From Clostridium sp. CAG:1000 (GTDB lineage Bacteria; Bacillota_I; Bacilli_A; RF39; UBA660): DNA of 64,000 bases. A program made the translations under genes and the position numbers. Of this stretch, positions 25,288 through 35,693 are shown piece after piece. The notes beneath the pieces are model-generated. The model was not told the origin of the DNA, ran no database searches, and saw only the letters and a list, made by a program, of their open reading frames with translations. The stretch is taken from contig HG000345.1 in the NCBI GenBank assembly GCA_000436975.1, forward strand, positions 3,518-67,517, written 5' to 3'. Each line of letters starts with the position of its first letter. The first letter of the stretch is position 1.

Positions 25288-26201
25288 TGGATTGTTTTAG
25301 CAAAAAAGATAAACTAATAACACTGATTCTCTGTATAATGCTCGGTTTTATAGGAATCCATCATTTCTATTGTGGAAATATCAAAAGAGGTTTTTTGTAC
25401 TTATTTACTTTTGGTTTATTCGGTCTTGGATGGTTTGTAGATATAATCATTTTACTCATAATGAATTTAGGAAAACAAAATTCAAAAAAAATGACGACAG
25501 GTTTAAATTCTAATTATGTAACAAAAAATATTTCAGTTACATCAAGTTATACTGTAGCTAATAATCCATATGCCAATGCTGTTCCTTACGAAGCATATTC
25601 AACATCCTATTCAAGTAGAAAAACAAATAAAATTGTTAATGATTATATAGTGTTTGATACCGAAACCACAGGTTTAGAACCTGAAATTGATAAGATTATT
25701 GAATTATCCGCTATAAAATTTATAAATAATAAAGAAGTTGATAGATTTTCAATGCTAGTTAATCCAAATCAAGAAATAGATCCATTTATAACATCATTAA
25801 CTGGTATAAAACAGCTAGATTTAAATTCACAACCAACAATAAACTATGTTCTTCCAAAGTTTTTTGAATTTATTGAAGATTATACTTTAGTAGCGCATAA
25901 TGCTCCATTTGATATAAAAATGCTAGCATGTGAATGTTATAGAAACAATATTAAACTATGTGATAACAAGATAATAGACACTGTTACACTAGCAAAAAGA
26001 ATAATTCCAAGTGATAATGTAGAAAATTACAAATTAGAAACACTAAAAAATTATTTAGGGCTAGATAATATTTCTCACAGAGCTTTAGCAGATTGTGAAG
26101 TATGTTCTAAAATATATAAATTATATTTGTCAAAACAACAAAATAGAAAAATATTAATTATAGATGATAATACTGGAGAAGTATTAGATGAATTAAAATA
26201 A
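25287..26201 (+). CDS. TM2-domain membrane anchor fused to DnaQ-like DEDDh 3'-5' exonuclease
   Basis: The N-terminal TM2-like segment is LILCIMLGFIGIHHFYCGNIKRGFLYLFTFGLFGLGWFVDIIILL. Exo motifs are FDTETTG, HNAPFD and HRALADCE. Its ATG shares one nucleotide with the repressor stop (TAATG). Confidence 0.8.
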   Translation: MDCFSKKDKLITLILCIMLGFIGIHHFYCGNIKRGFLYLFTFGLFGLGWFVDIIILLIMNLGKQNSKKMTTGLNSNYVTKNISVTSSYTVANNPYANAVPYEAYSTSYSSRKTNKIVNDYIVFDTETTGLEPEIDKIIELSAIKFINNKEVDRFSMLVNPNQEIDPFITSLTGIKQLDLNSQPTINYVLPKFFEFIEDYTLVAHNAPFDIKMLACECYRNNIKLCDNKIIDTVTLAKRIIPSDNVENYKLETLKNYLGLDNISHRALADCEVCSKIYKLYLSKQQNRKILIIDDNTGEVLDELK

Positions 26202-26257
26202 TAAGTATGCTAGTATAGGTACTTAATATAAATATAAAGAATAAAGAGGTATTAAGT

Positions 26258-26566
26258 ATGGTCATAGAATTATTAAAAGGAAACATGACTCAACAAGAGT
26301 TATTAAATTATTACAATGCTAACATCACTTATGTTAGTTTGAGTAAAGGTATAAATGGATTCGTTTTCAATCATAGAGGTATATACAATATAATTATTAA
26401 TTCTAACCTATCCTATTATAAAAAAAGAAAGTCAATATTGCATGAACTTGCTCATATTGAACTTTCACATTTGGACCAAGATAAAACAATGTTAGAATTT
26501 AATAGAAATGGTTATGAAGATGAAGCAGATAGATATATTAAATACATTAAAGATAATTTAAAATAA
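26258..26566 (+). CDS. ImmA/IrrE-like zinc metallopeptidase (short form)
   Basis: Contains HELAH in SILHELAHIELSH. It lies in an operon with an XRE repressor and the integrase. Confidence 0.55.
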   Translation: MVIELLKGNMTQQELLNYYNANITYVSLSKGINGFVFNHRGIYNIIINSNLSYYKKRKSILHELAHIELSHLDQDKTMLEFNRNGYEDEADRYIKYIKDNLK

Positions 26567-26612
26567 AAAATAGCACCTGCGGCAACAGGTACTACAAATT
26601 AGAAAAACTTTG

Positions 26613-26630
26613 AATATCAATATCCACGCT
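26613..26630. repeat. 18-bp element aatatcaatatccacgct (copy 2, inverted)
   Basis: Perfect reverse complement of 23985-24002. It lies ~80 nt upstream of the integrase start. Confidence 0.9.
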
Positions 26631-26712
26631 AATAGAATTGAGTTTTTTAAATGTTTTTCTATACACGATTATACTAAATTAAAAAATTAAAATCAAGAAA
26701 GGAGAATGAAAA

Positions 26713-27834
26713 ATGAATAAAATATATGAAAAAACAAGATATGCAAACATATACAGACATAGTAAAAATGGAAACTATGTAATAAGGCATGATAGCACTA
26801 CTATATCTAAAATAAATAGTCAAAAAATATATGACATTAAAGTTGCTAAAGATTATAAAGCAAAACTGGAATTAAATATTAAAAAAATAGAACAATCAAA
26901 TAATTCTTATCTTTTCAAAGATTTATGGAATGAATATATATATCACTGTAAGGAAATATCAAAACTGTCTTATAATACATTAAAAAAGAAAAATGTAATA
27001 TATAATTGTTATTTAAAAGATTTAGAAAATTTTAGAATTGACAAAATGGTTAAAGAAAATATCATTGATTTTATGAATCAAGTTATTGCTTCTGATAAAA
27101 CAAAAAACGAAATATTAAAATTATTAAAAGCATTTATTAATTGGTGTTATGAAGAAAAAGATCTGATTAACAAAAAGCCAACTTTAGGAATTAAAAGTTT
27201 TAAAGTCGCAAAAGTAGAAATGAAATATTGGACTATTGAAGAATTTAAAAGATTTATGAAATATATGGCAAATCAAAAAGGCGACTTAGCATATCGCATA
27301 AGAATATTAGTATTAATTGAATTGCATTTAGGTGATAGAATTGGTGAAACAAGAGCATTAACATGGAGCTCTATAAATGAAGAACATTCTACAATTAAAA
27401 TATCTCATTCAATTAATTATGATAGTAAATCTAATGACTTCTTATCCAACACAAAGAATTATGGTTCAGATAGAATCGTTGATGTTAGTAATTTGTTAAT
27501 AGAGGAATTATTTAAATACAAGCGATATCTTATAGAGCAGCAAATTAATATTAACGATATAATATTTTATAATTATAACACAAATAAGCCATACTCAGAT
27601 TCAAGTTTAAGAAAACAATTTTATCGTTTCTCAAAAGAGGCAGGAGTTTCAAAAATAAGATTATATGATTTAAGACATACATATGTCGCATTAATGATGA
27701 GCGAGGGTTGGGAATTATATCATATTTCAAGAAGAATCGGTCACACCAATTATTCCACAACAGTAAACAAGTATGGTCATTTAGAAAATAATATTAGAAA
27801 GGAGATAGCAAAAACTACCGATAAATATTTTTAA
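26713..27834 (+). CDS. int: tyrosine recombinase / phage integrase
   Basis: C-terminal catalytic pattern GDRIGETRAL...RLYDLRHTY...GHTNYSTTVNKYGHL (R..HxxR..Y). Confidence 0.9.
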   Translation: MNKIYEKTRYANIYRHSKNGNYVIRHDSTTISKINSQKIYDIKVAKDYKAKLELNIKKIEQSNNSYLFKDLWNEYIYHCKEISKLSYNTLKKKNVIYNCYLKDLENFRIDKMVKENIIDFMNQVIASDKTKNEILKLLKAFINWCYEEKDLINKKPTLGIKSFKVAKVEMKYWTIEEFKRFMKYMANQKGDLAYRIRILVLIELHLGDRIGETRALTWSSINEEHSTIKISHSINYDSKSNDFLSNTKNYGSDRIVDVSNLLIEELFKYKRYLIEQQININDIIFYNYNTNKPYSDSSLRKQFYRFSKEAGVSKIRLYDLRHTYVALMMSEGWELYHISRRIGHTNYSTTVNKYGHLENNIRKEIAKTTDKYF

Positions 27835-27956
27835 TGGAAATTTCAGTGGTAAAAAAATAATAAATTAAGTAATAATAAGGGCAAAATGAGAAATGATGTT
27901 ACCCATCACCTGCTCCATTTGTAAAAATCGTCGGAACAACCGATGTTGAGATAAAG

Positions 27957-27983
27957 CTTAATTAGAAATAATTAAGTTTTTTT
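27957..27983 (+). terminator. intrinsic terminator
   Basis: Stem CTTAATT/AATTAAG (27957-27963 / 27970-27976) followed by TTTTTTT. Confidence 0.55.
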
Positions 27984-28007
27984 GTGTCTAAGAAAGGTTG
28001 TGATGAT

Positions 28008-28289
28008 ATGTTAAATATTATTAAAGAAAAACTTGATTTAAGCCCTGATTTAAAGAAAAAGATTGATTGGGCTAAGAATTATACTTCTACTTCAATAACT
28101 CTTGAGAAAGGTCATTTAATTAGATTAGAACCTAGTAATCTTGCTTATGTAGATCCACATAAAGTTAAAATCAATAATTATACTTTCTTGTTCTTCAATG
28201 GTGTTAATACTTTCTATGTTAATAACCTAAATGACGGGCATAATCTATCAGAACTAGAAAAATTCTTTAAACTAGCTAAATGCTCTTAA
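28008..28289 (+). CDS. hypothetical protein
   Basis: 93-aa ORF (start trimmed to MLNIIKEK). No recognisable motif. Confidence 0.45.
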   Translation: MLNIIKEKLDLSPDLKKKIDWAKNYTSTSITLEKGHLIRLEPSNLAYVDPHKVKINNYTFLFFNGVNTFYVNNLNDGHNLSELEKFFKLAKCS

Positions 28290-28310
28290 TACTATTCCCT
28301 CAATAAGGAA

Positions 28311-28338
28311 TTGACAAATATTTAAAAAGTGATATTAT
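28311..28338 (+). promoter_or_regulatory. sigma-A-type promoter TTGACA-16-TGaTATTAT
   Basis: TTGACA at 28311-28316 and an extended -10 at 28330-28338. Confidence 0.5.
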
Positions 28339-28382
28339 AAATAACCAATGAAAGAGGTAACTCTAGAAATGGAGGTACATCT

Positions 28383-28460
28383 ATGAAAATAAAACACAAT
28401 ATATCGAAATTTTATAATATTGAATTTAATGAGGAGTCAGTAGTATTTAGACTTTACTAG
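28383..28460 (+). CDS. 25-aa leader peptide MKIKHNISKFYNIEFNEESVVFRLY
   Basis: GGAGG lies 8 nt upstream of the ATG. The last ten codons cover the 5' arm and loop of the downstream terminator. Confidence 0.35.
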   Translation: MKIKHNISKFYNIEFNEESVVFRLY

Positions 28461-28482
28461 ATACTATTGTCTCCTCTTTTTT
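28431..28482 (+). terminator. strong intrinsic terminator/attenuator immediately upstream of the serine recombinase RBS
   Basis: 16-bp stem gaggagtcagtagtat / atactattgtctcctc (one mismatch, one G-U) followed by TTTTTT. Confidence 0.7.
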
Positions 28483-28487
28483 AGTAA

Positions 28488-30338
<1,851 letters not shown>

Positions 30339-30353
30339 TCCTTAGACCACGAA

Positions 30354-30380
30354 ATCTTGTATGGAGAATCCGTACAAGAT
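30354..30380 (+). promoter_or_regulatory. candidate oriT (RS_A-like inverted repeat)
   Basis: atcttgtatgg-agaat-ccgtacaagat (11-bp arms, one G-T) lies 70 nt upstream of mob. A second imperfect inverted repeat, atatcttgg...ccagatat, is at 30394-30416. Confidence 0.45.
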
Positions 30381-30452
30381 ATCTAGGGGGTTATATATCT
30401 TGGATGTCCCAGATATGGTCCAAAATAACCCACACTAAAAAGGAGGAATTAT

Positions 30453-31865
30453 ATGGCTGAATTACCTTATTCATTTCATCTTGGAAGTAATAAAAATAGA
30501 AAAGCATCAGCAAGAAGTAATGCTAGAAATAATGTAAGTGGTTCTTCTTCTCTAGCTAATAATGGAATACAAAATTATCAACAATTATCAAAAGTAAATA
30601 ATCATGATTTTAGAAAATACGAAAATGATAATGATTATATTTATCAATTAAAAGGAACTAATGATATTGTTTATGATGTTAAAGAATTCTATAAAACTGA
30701 ATTTGAAGAAGCAAGAATCGAATACAACAATAAGCAATCTAGACCTAGTAGAAGAATTGATGATTATTTTGAATATGTTAATAAAGATGAGAAAAGAGAT
30801 CTTGCTTGTGAGATTATAATTGAACTTGGAAATAAAGAATATTGGGATTCAAAAGATTTTGAATTTAAAAGAGAAATGGTTAGTGTATATGAAGAACATT
30901 TACACGATTTAGAAAGACTTGTTCCAGAATTTAAAATAACAAATGCTGTTGTTCATTTAGATGAAACTTCTCCTCACATGCATATAGTTGGAGTTCCAGT
31001 TAAAGATGGTTGTAAAACAGGTTTATCAAAACAAGTAAATAAATCATCAGTTTTTACTAAAGAAAGACTTGAAAATATACAAAATGTAATGAGAGAAAAA
31101 TGTATTGATACTTTTAATAAATACTTTGAAAAAGAAAATGCTACTCTTAAGACTAAAGAAAAAGGAAGAAATAAAGATATTCACGTTAAAGATATGGTTA
31201 ATTATCAAGAATTAAAAAAAGAACTTGAAATTAATAAAAGAAGTATTGATAAAAACAATGATAAGATAAAATCGATAAACAACTCTTCAAAAGAGTTGAG
31301 AGATTTATTATCAGGTTTAGAAGAATCGAGACTTGGTGGTTATAAACTTAATAATAAACAAAAAGAAAGATTACAAGATTTAATTAAAGATGTTGAATCC
31401 ATAACTAATTATTTTGATAATTATAAAAATATAATTAATAATATATCTTCAATTAATGATAATTTAAAATATCAAAAAGATAGAAATAATAAAGTTGAAA
31501 ATGACAATAATAAACTTATTAAAGAAAATCAAAAACTTAAAATAAAAAATACCGAATTAAAAGAAGATAGAGATTTTGTTCATGCAGTTATGGATAAGAG
31601 AATGGATGAAAGAAAAGACTTTATAACTTATCTATGTAAAAATGCTAACAGCAAAGATCCAACTACCTCTAGATTTTTTAGACAAGTTGTTAATGATATG
31701 AATAGCAAAAACTTAATAACTGATAAAGAACATAGAGTTATATTAAATCCACCTAGAACCATTAATAAATCAGAAATAAATAAAGCACTTAGTTCTATTA
31801 ATAGAAAAATGGATGAAGCTGCTGAAGAATTTTATCAAACAAAAAAGGACGATTATTATTTATAA
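30453..31865 (+). CDS. mob: MobV-family (Mob/Pre) relaxase
   Basis: Contains the signature HLDETSPHMH and an N-terminal NNHDFRKYEN (HxxR-type) motif. The C-terminal half is a long coiled coil. Confidence 0.85.
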   Translation: MAELPYSFHLGSNKNRKASARSNARNNVSGSSSLANNGIQNYQQLSKVNNHDFRKYENDNDYIYQLKGTNDIVYDVKEFYKTEFEEARIEYNNKQSRPSRRIDDYFEYVNKDEKRDLACEIIIELGNKEYWDSKDFEFKREMVSVYEEHLHDLERLVPEFKITNAVVHLDETSPHMHIVGVPVKDGCKTGLSKQVNKSSVFTKERLENIQNVMREKCIDTFNKYFEKENATLKTKEKGRNKDIHVKDMVNYQELKKELEINKRSIDKNNDKIKSINNSSKELRDLLSGLEESRLGGYKLNNKQKERLQDLIKDVESITNYFDNYKNIINNISSINDNLKYQKDRNNKVENDNNKLIKENQKLKIKNTELKEDRDFVHAVMDKRMDERKDFITYLCKNANSKDPTTSRFFRQVVNDMNSKNLITDKEHRVILNPPRTINKSEINKALSSINRKMDEAAEEFYQTKKDDYYL

Positions 31866-31871
31866 TCAGTC

Positions 31872-32984
31872 CTATTTTTTTGTTTCTATAGCTATTAATG
31901 GAACAAGTATTTCATCATCTGTATAACCTGCATGCTGTGATTTCAATTCTTCACTACCAATATATAATAAAGTTTTATTTGTTTTTCCAATAGCTAAATA
32001 ATCACCTAAAGTATCTCTAAATATTTCATTTTCTTCTCCATCACCAAATAGTTTTGAATTAATTACATCTTCCATAGAATACAAATCAAAATCATTACTA
32101 AAATATTTATTAAATAATGATTCAAAGATTTCTTTCTTATCTGGTTTAATAAAAAAGTTAACTGCTCTTGGTTCTAATGAAGTGTTTCTTAATAAACACT
32201 CTTCAATATCTGGATAATCTTTTATAAATAGATTCTCAACATTATGATGTCCATGATCTGCTACAACAAATACTATTGTATCTGATAGTTTATTACTTAG
32301 TTCTTCAATTCTTCTATTTATATCTTTTATTATGTTTTTTATTTCTGGTTTATCACAACCAATTTCGTGCATTGTATGATCTGGATCAGTATCATAAGCA
32401 TAAATATACTTTTTTCCATCTTCATTACATAACTTTTCTATTCTTTCATACATTTCATCTAAATTAGAATAAGCTTTTTCTCCAAATGGAAATAAACTAT
32501 ATCCTTTATACAAACCTTTTTCATTTATTTCTTTACTAATTGTTTTTCTTATCATATGTTTATTATTATATTCAATAGCTTCATCTAAAGGTTTATATTC
32601 AAAATCTCCTTTTTCAGAGTTCATAAATACAGTTATAGTCTTATCTATGTCTTTATAATACATATCCCAACCTAACATTCCTGTCTCAACTGGATTTAAT
32701 CCTGTCATCATTGATGTAGTTGCAGCAACTGTTGTTGCTGGAAAAACAGTTGTTATTGGTTTGATTCTATTTTTTATTAAAAATGTATCTTTATCAAGCA
32801 TTCTATCCATTATGTTAGAACCCATACCATCACATAAAATAGTTACAACATTTTTTGGTTTATATTCTTCTAATATTCTATCAATATAATCTAAAGTTTT
32901 ATGTTTATAATCTAAATCAAAATACTTTCTAATTGAACACGCTAAATTAGTTAAACATTCATTGTAATTATTTTTTACTTCCAT
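31872..32984 (-). CDS. alkaline-phosphatase-superfamily phosphodiesterase/nucleotide pyrophosphatase-like protein
   Basis: Motifs CDGMG, FPATTVAATTSMMTG and VVADHGH. Confidence 0.6.
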   Translation of the reverse strand: MEVKNNYNECLTNLACSIRKYFDLDYKHKTLDYIDRILEEYKPKNVVTILCDGMGSNIMDRMLDKDTFLIKNRIKPITTVFPATTVAATTSMMTGLNPVETGMLGWDMYYKDIDKTITVFMNSEKGDFEYKPLDEAIEYNNKHMIRKTISKEINEKGLYKGYSLFPFGEKAYSNLDEMYERIEKLCNEDGKKYIYAYDTDPDHTMHEIGCDKPEIKNIIKDINRRIEELSNKLSDTIVFVVADHGHHNVENLFIKDYPDIEECLLRNTSLEPRAVNFFIKPDKKEIFESLFNKYFSNDFDLYSMEDVINSKLFGDGEENEIFRDTLGDYLAIGKTNKTLLYIGSEELKSQHAGYTDDEILVPLIAIETKK

Positions 32985-32999
32985 AGTTTTTTCTCCTTT

Positions 33000-34238
33000 T
33001 TATTGTAATTCAACTTTTAAAAATACTTTCTTACCTTTTTGAACAATTAATTCTCCATTGTTAAAATCATCTTTAGTTATTATTCTATCAATATTACTTT
33101 CTTTTTCTTGATTAATACTAATACCATTTTGTTCCATTAATCTTCTTGCTTCTGATTTTGAAGATACTATTTTAATATCAACTAATAAATCTAAAACATT
33201 AATATCTAATTTATTAGAATCAAACTTAACTGATGGCATATTTTCAGATATACCTTTATTACTAAATAATTCTTCAGCAGTTTGTCTAGCTTTAATTGCT
33301 TCTTCTTCACCATGTACTAGCTTAGTTACTTCAAATGCTAATAATTTTTTAGCTTCTCTAATATCTTTCTTACATAATTCTTTTATATCAGATATTTCCA
33401 TTCTAGTAAAGAATGATAAACTTCTTTCAACATCTTCATCAAATGAATTAATCCATGCTTGAAAGAAATCAAATGGTGTAGTTTTGTCTCTTGATACCCA
33501 TAATGTACCAGTAGCTGTTTTACCCATTTTTTCTCCATCTGCTTTAATTAATAATGGACAAGTAAATCCAAATAATGGATCTATCTTTTTACCCTCACTA
33601 AATCCTATTTTTCTAGATAAATCAGCACCAGCTAAAATATTTCCCCATTGATCTGAACCACCAATTTGTAATCTACATCCAAATTCTTTATTTAAATGTA
33701 CAAAGTCAAATGCTTGCATTAACATATATCCCATCTCTAAAAATGTTAATCCACCATTTTCTAATCTCTTTTTGTAACAATCTGCAGCAAGCATATTATT
33801 AACATTGAAGTGAACTCCAATATCTCTCATAAAATCAACATAAGTTTGATCCATAATCCAATCAGCATTATCAACTATAATTGCTGGATTATCTCCATCA
33901 GTTCTTACAAATCTTTTTACTAATTCTTTAACTTCTGCTTTATTATGAGCAACTTCTTCTTTTGATAGCATTTTTCTCATATCACTTTTACCAGTTGGAT
34001 CTCCAATTAAAGCAGTAGCTCCACCAATTAGTATAATTCCATGATGACCAAAATCTTGTAGCCATCTAAACATAGTTAATGCAAAGAAGTGTCCTATGTG
34101 TAATGAATCTGCAGTAGGGTCAATTCCTAAGTAGAATGTCATAGGTTCTCCATTAACTAAATCAATAATTTCTTGTTCATGTGTAAGGTCTTTAACATAA
34201 CCTCTTTCTTTTAAAATATCAAATAATTTCTTTTCCAT
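33000..34238 (-). CDS. tyrS: tyrosine--tRNA ligase
   Basis: HIGH motif (SLHIGHF), KMSKS variant (KMGKT) and a C-terminal S4-like domain. Confidence 0.95.
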   Translation of the reverse strand: MEKKLFDILKERGYVKDLTHEQEIIDLVNGEPMTFYLGIDPTADSLHIGHFFALTMFRWLQDFGHHGIILIGGATALIGDPTGKSDMRKMLSKEEVAHNKAEVKELVKRFVRTDGDNPAIIVDNADWIMDQTYVDFMRDIGVHFNVNNMLAADCYKKRLENGGLTFLEMGYMLMQAFDFVHLNKEFGCRLQIGGSDQWGNILAGADLSRKIGFSEGKKIDPLFGFTCPLLIKADGEKMGKTATGTLWVSRDKTTPFDFFQAWINSFDEDVERSLSFFTRMEISDIKELCKKDIREAKKLLAFEVTKLVHGEEEAIKARQTAEELFSNKGISENMPSVKFDSNKLDINVLDLLVDIKIVSSKSEARRLMEQNGISINQEKESNIDRIITKDDFNNGELIVQKGKKVFLKVELQ

Positions 34239-34317
34239 TTCTATTTCCTCCTAAATAATTTGTACAGTTAATTAAATTACAATCATCAAAGTAATAATAG
34301 TAATAGTCACTATCCAT
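34219..34317 (-). CDS. 32-codon upstream ORF MDSDYYYYYFDDCNLINCTNYLGGNRNGKEII (five consecutive Tyr codons)
   Basis: GGAGGTGA lies 8 nt before the ATG at 34317. The codons TAT TAC TAT TAT TAC are at 34305-34291. The stop TGA (34221-34219) lies 20 nt inside tyrS. Confidence 0.4.
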   Translation of the reverse strand: MDSDYYYYYFDDCNLINCTNYLGGNRNGKEII

Positions 34318-34337
34318 ACAAATCACCTCCTCGAAAA

Positions 34338-34545
34338 TAAAAAGAGCAATCCATCCATAAAGGACGAATTGCTCGTGGTACCACCTTTGTTTGTAATAAT
34401 AGTTTATTACCTCTTATTGATAACGGATACTATCCGACTTAAAATCATCATTTGTAATTCATTATTTTAATTTTGTTTGTTTCCACCAACCACAAACTCT
34501 CTATAAATAATAATAAAATAATTACTTCGAATGAATCGCTTTTTA
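34338..34545 (-). promoter_or_regulatory. T-box riboswitch leader, Tyr specifier (UAC)
   Basis: The minus strand shows AGCGATTCATTCGAAGTA (stem I base) and an AGAGAG box. GAATTACAAA holds TAC at 34456-34454. The T-box core is AAAGGTGGTACCACGAGC. The terminator GAGCAATTC...GGATTGCTC is followed by TTTTT. Confidence 0.85.
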
Positions 34546-34558
34546 ATTAACTGCATTG

Positions 34559-34587
34559 ATTATAACATACTTTATGTTTTTTTGCAA
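34559..34587 (-). promoter_or_regulatory. promoter of the tyrS leader: TTGCAA-17-TATAAT
   Basis: -35 at 34582-34587 and -10 as the revcomp of 34559-34564. Confidence 0.6.
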
Positions 34588-34639
34588 ATATTGACACTAT
34601 AGTAGTATTGTAATAAACTCTAAAATATGATATATTTAA

Positions 34640-34776
34640 TATGTAATTGAGTTTTATCTCGTTACATTTGTAGTAAAATGTTTCTCAAACGAGATACACA
34701 ATTGCTCCATAAGATAAAATCGTCGCACCAATGCGGCGTTAATGATTAAGTCAACTAGTAATAGTTGATTTTTTTT
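34640..34776 (+). ncRNA. candidate small RNA or orphan leader with its own terminator
   Basis: A TTGACA at 34591-34596 lies upstream. A nested long hairpin spans 34655-34663/34688-34696, with inner stem 34664-34669/34676-34681. A GC hairpin is at 34721-34726/34733-34738. The terminator TCAACTA/TAGTTGA (34751-34757/34762-34768) is followed by T8. Confidence 0.3.
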
Positions 34777-34810
34777 GTGCGTTATTGCGAAGAAGGGTGT
34801 TAATGATATT

Positions 34811-34897
34811 ATGGTCTTTTCATTAATTAATTTTTTTTATTCAATATCAATTATCCTTTCTATAGTTGGACTTGTATTAACCGTTACTATTTTTTGA
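34811..34897 (+). CDS. 28-aa hydrophobic peptide MVFSLINFFYSISIILSIVGLVLTVTIF (type I toxin-like); weak RBS
   Basis: Read by eye. One predicted TM helix. The only RBS-like element is AAGGGTG, 11 nt upstream. Confidence 0.2.
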   Translation: MVFSLINFFYSISIILSIVGLVLTVTIF

Positions 34898-35069
34898 TTT
34901 ATTTAAAAGTATATTTTGCAAATTAAGATTTCCCATACATATACTAAATTAAAATTACCTTTTTCAATATTCAGTTTAATCTAAGCCTATAAACCCGTCA
35001 GATTAATTTTTCATATATTATCATTATATATTCCATGTTTAAAATCAAATATTGTTTTAATCATAACTT

Positions 35070-35693
35070 TTAATTAATATTACTGATTTGTATAATTTTA
35101 TTATCATCATTGTATACAACTTTATATACTCCAGGGCTTTTAGGATTTCCTTCAATTATAACTTCATTATTATGTTTTACTAATATTTTATTTTCATTAT
35201 ATTCAAATTCGCAATTATTTTGTAAAAAAGATAATAAAATAATACCATGAATAACAAGAATAGTCTTATCATTTTCTTTTAAAATATTTTTTATAAAATC
35301 ATTAAATCTGGAATCCACATCATTTAGCGTTTCTCCATCATAAACCTTAAAATTTTTATCGTTAAATGAATGTTTTGTATAATCATCAGGAAGATCACTT
35401 ATATATTTAACCCCTAAATTTCTTTCATTTATTTGATCATCTAATTTAATTTTAGTATTATTTAATTCACTTAAATACTTAGCTGTTCCAATTGCTCTAA
35501 ATGAATTACTCGAATATATGTTTTTAATGTTTTTTAATTCTTTTATATCACATAATTTTTTAGCCTTTTCTTCTCCTTCAACAGATAATATCATGTTTTT
35601 ATTATATTCATCCCATAAAACATTTTTATAATCATTATAATTTTCTATTTCTACGAAAGGACTCGAATGTCTTATTAAATATATATACTTCAT
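35070..35693 (-). CDS. histidine phosphatase family protein (phosphoglycerate mutase-like)
   Basis: Contains YLIRHS (an RHG-type motif) near the N-terminus and LVIHG later. ATG at 35693 follows AGGAGA. Confidence 0.6.
   Translation of the reverse strand: MKYIYLIRHSSPFVEIENYNDYKNVLWDEYNKNMILSVEGEEKAKKLCDIKELKNIKNIYSSNSFRAIGTAKYLSELNNTKIKLDDQINERNLGVKYISDLPDDYTKHSFNDKNFKVYDGETLNDVDSRFNDFIKNILKENDKTILVIHGIILLSFLQNNCEFEYNENKILVKHNNEVIIEGNPKSPGVYKVVYNDDNKIIQISNIN

Noticed and set aside
27551-27760. Minus-strand ORF inside the integrase gene
   Set aside because: It is antisense to a gene with clear catalytic motifs and has no RBS.
31866-31871. Six-nucleotide gap between convergent mob and phosphodiesterase-like genes as evidence of gene truncation
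   Set aside because: Both ORFs end with plausible C-termini and normal stops. Without a comparison genome, truncation cannot be supported.
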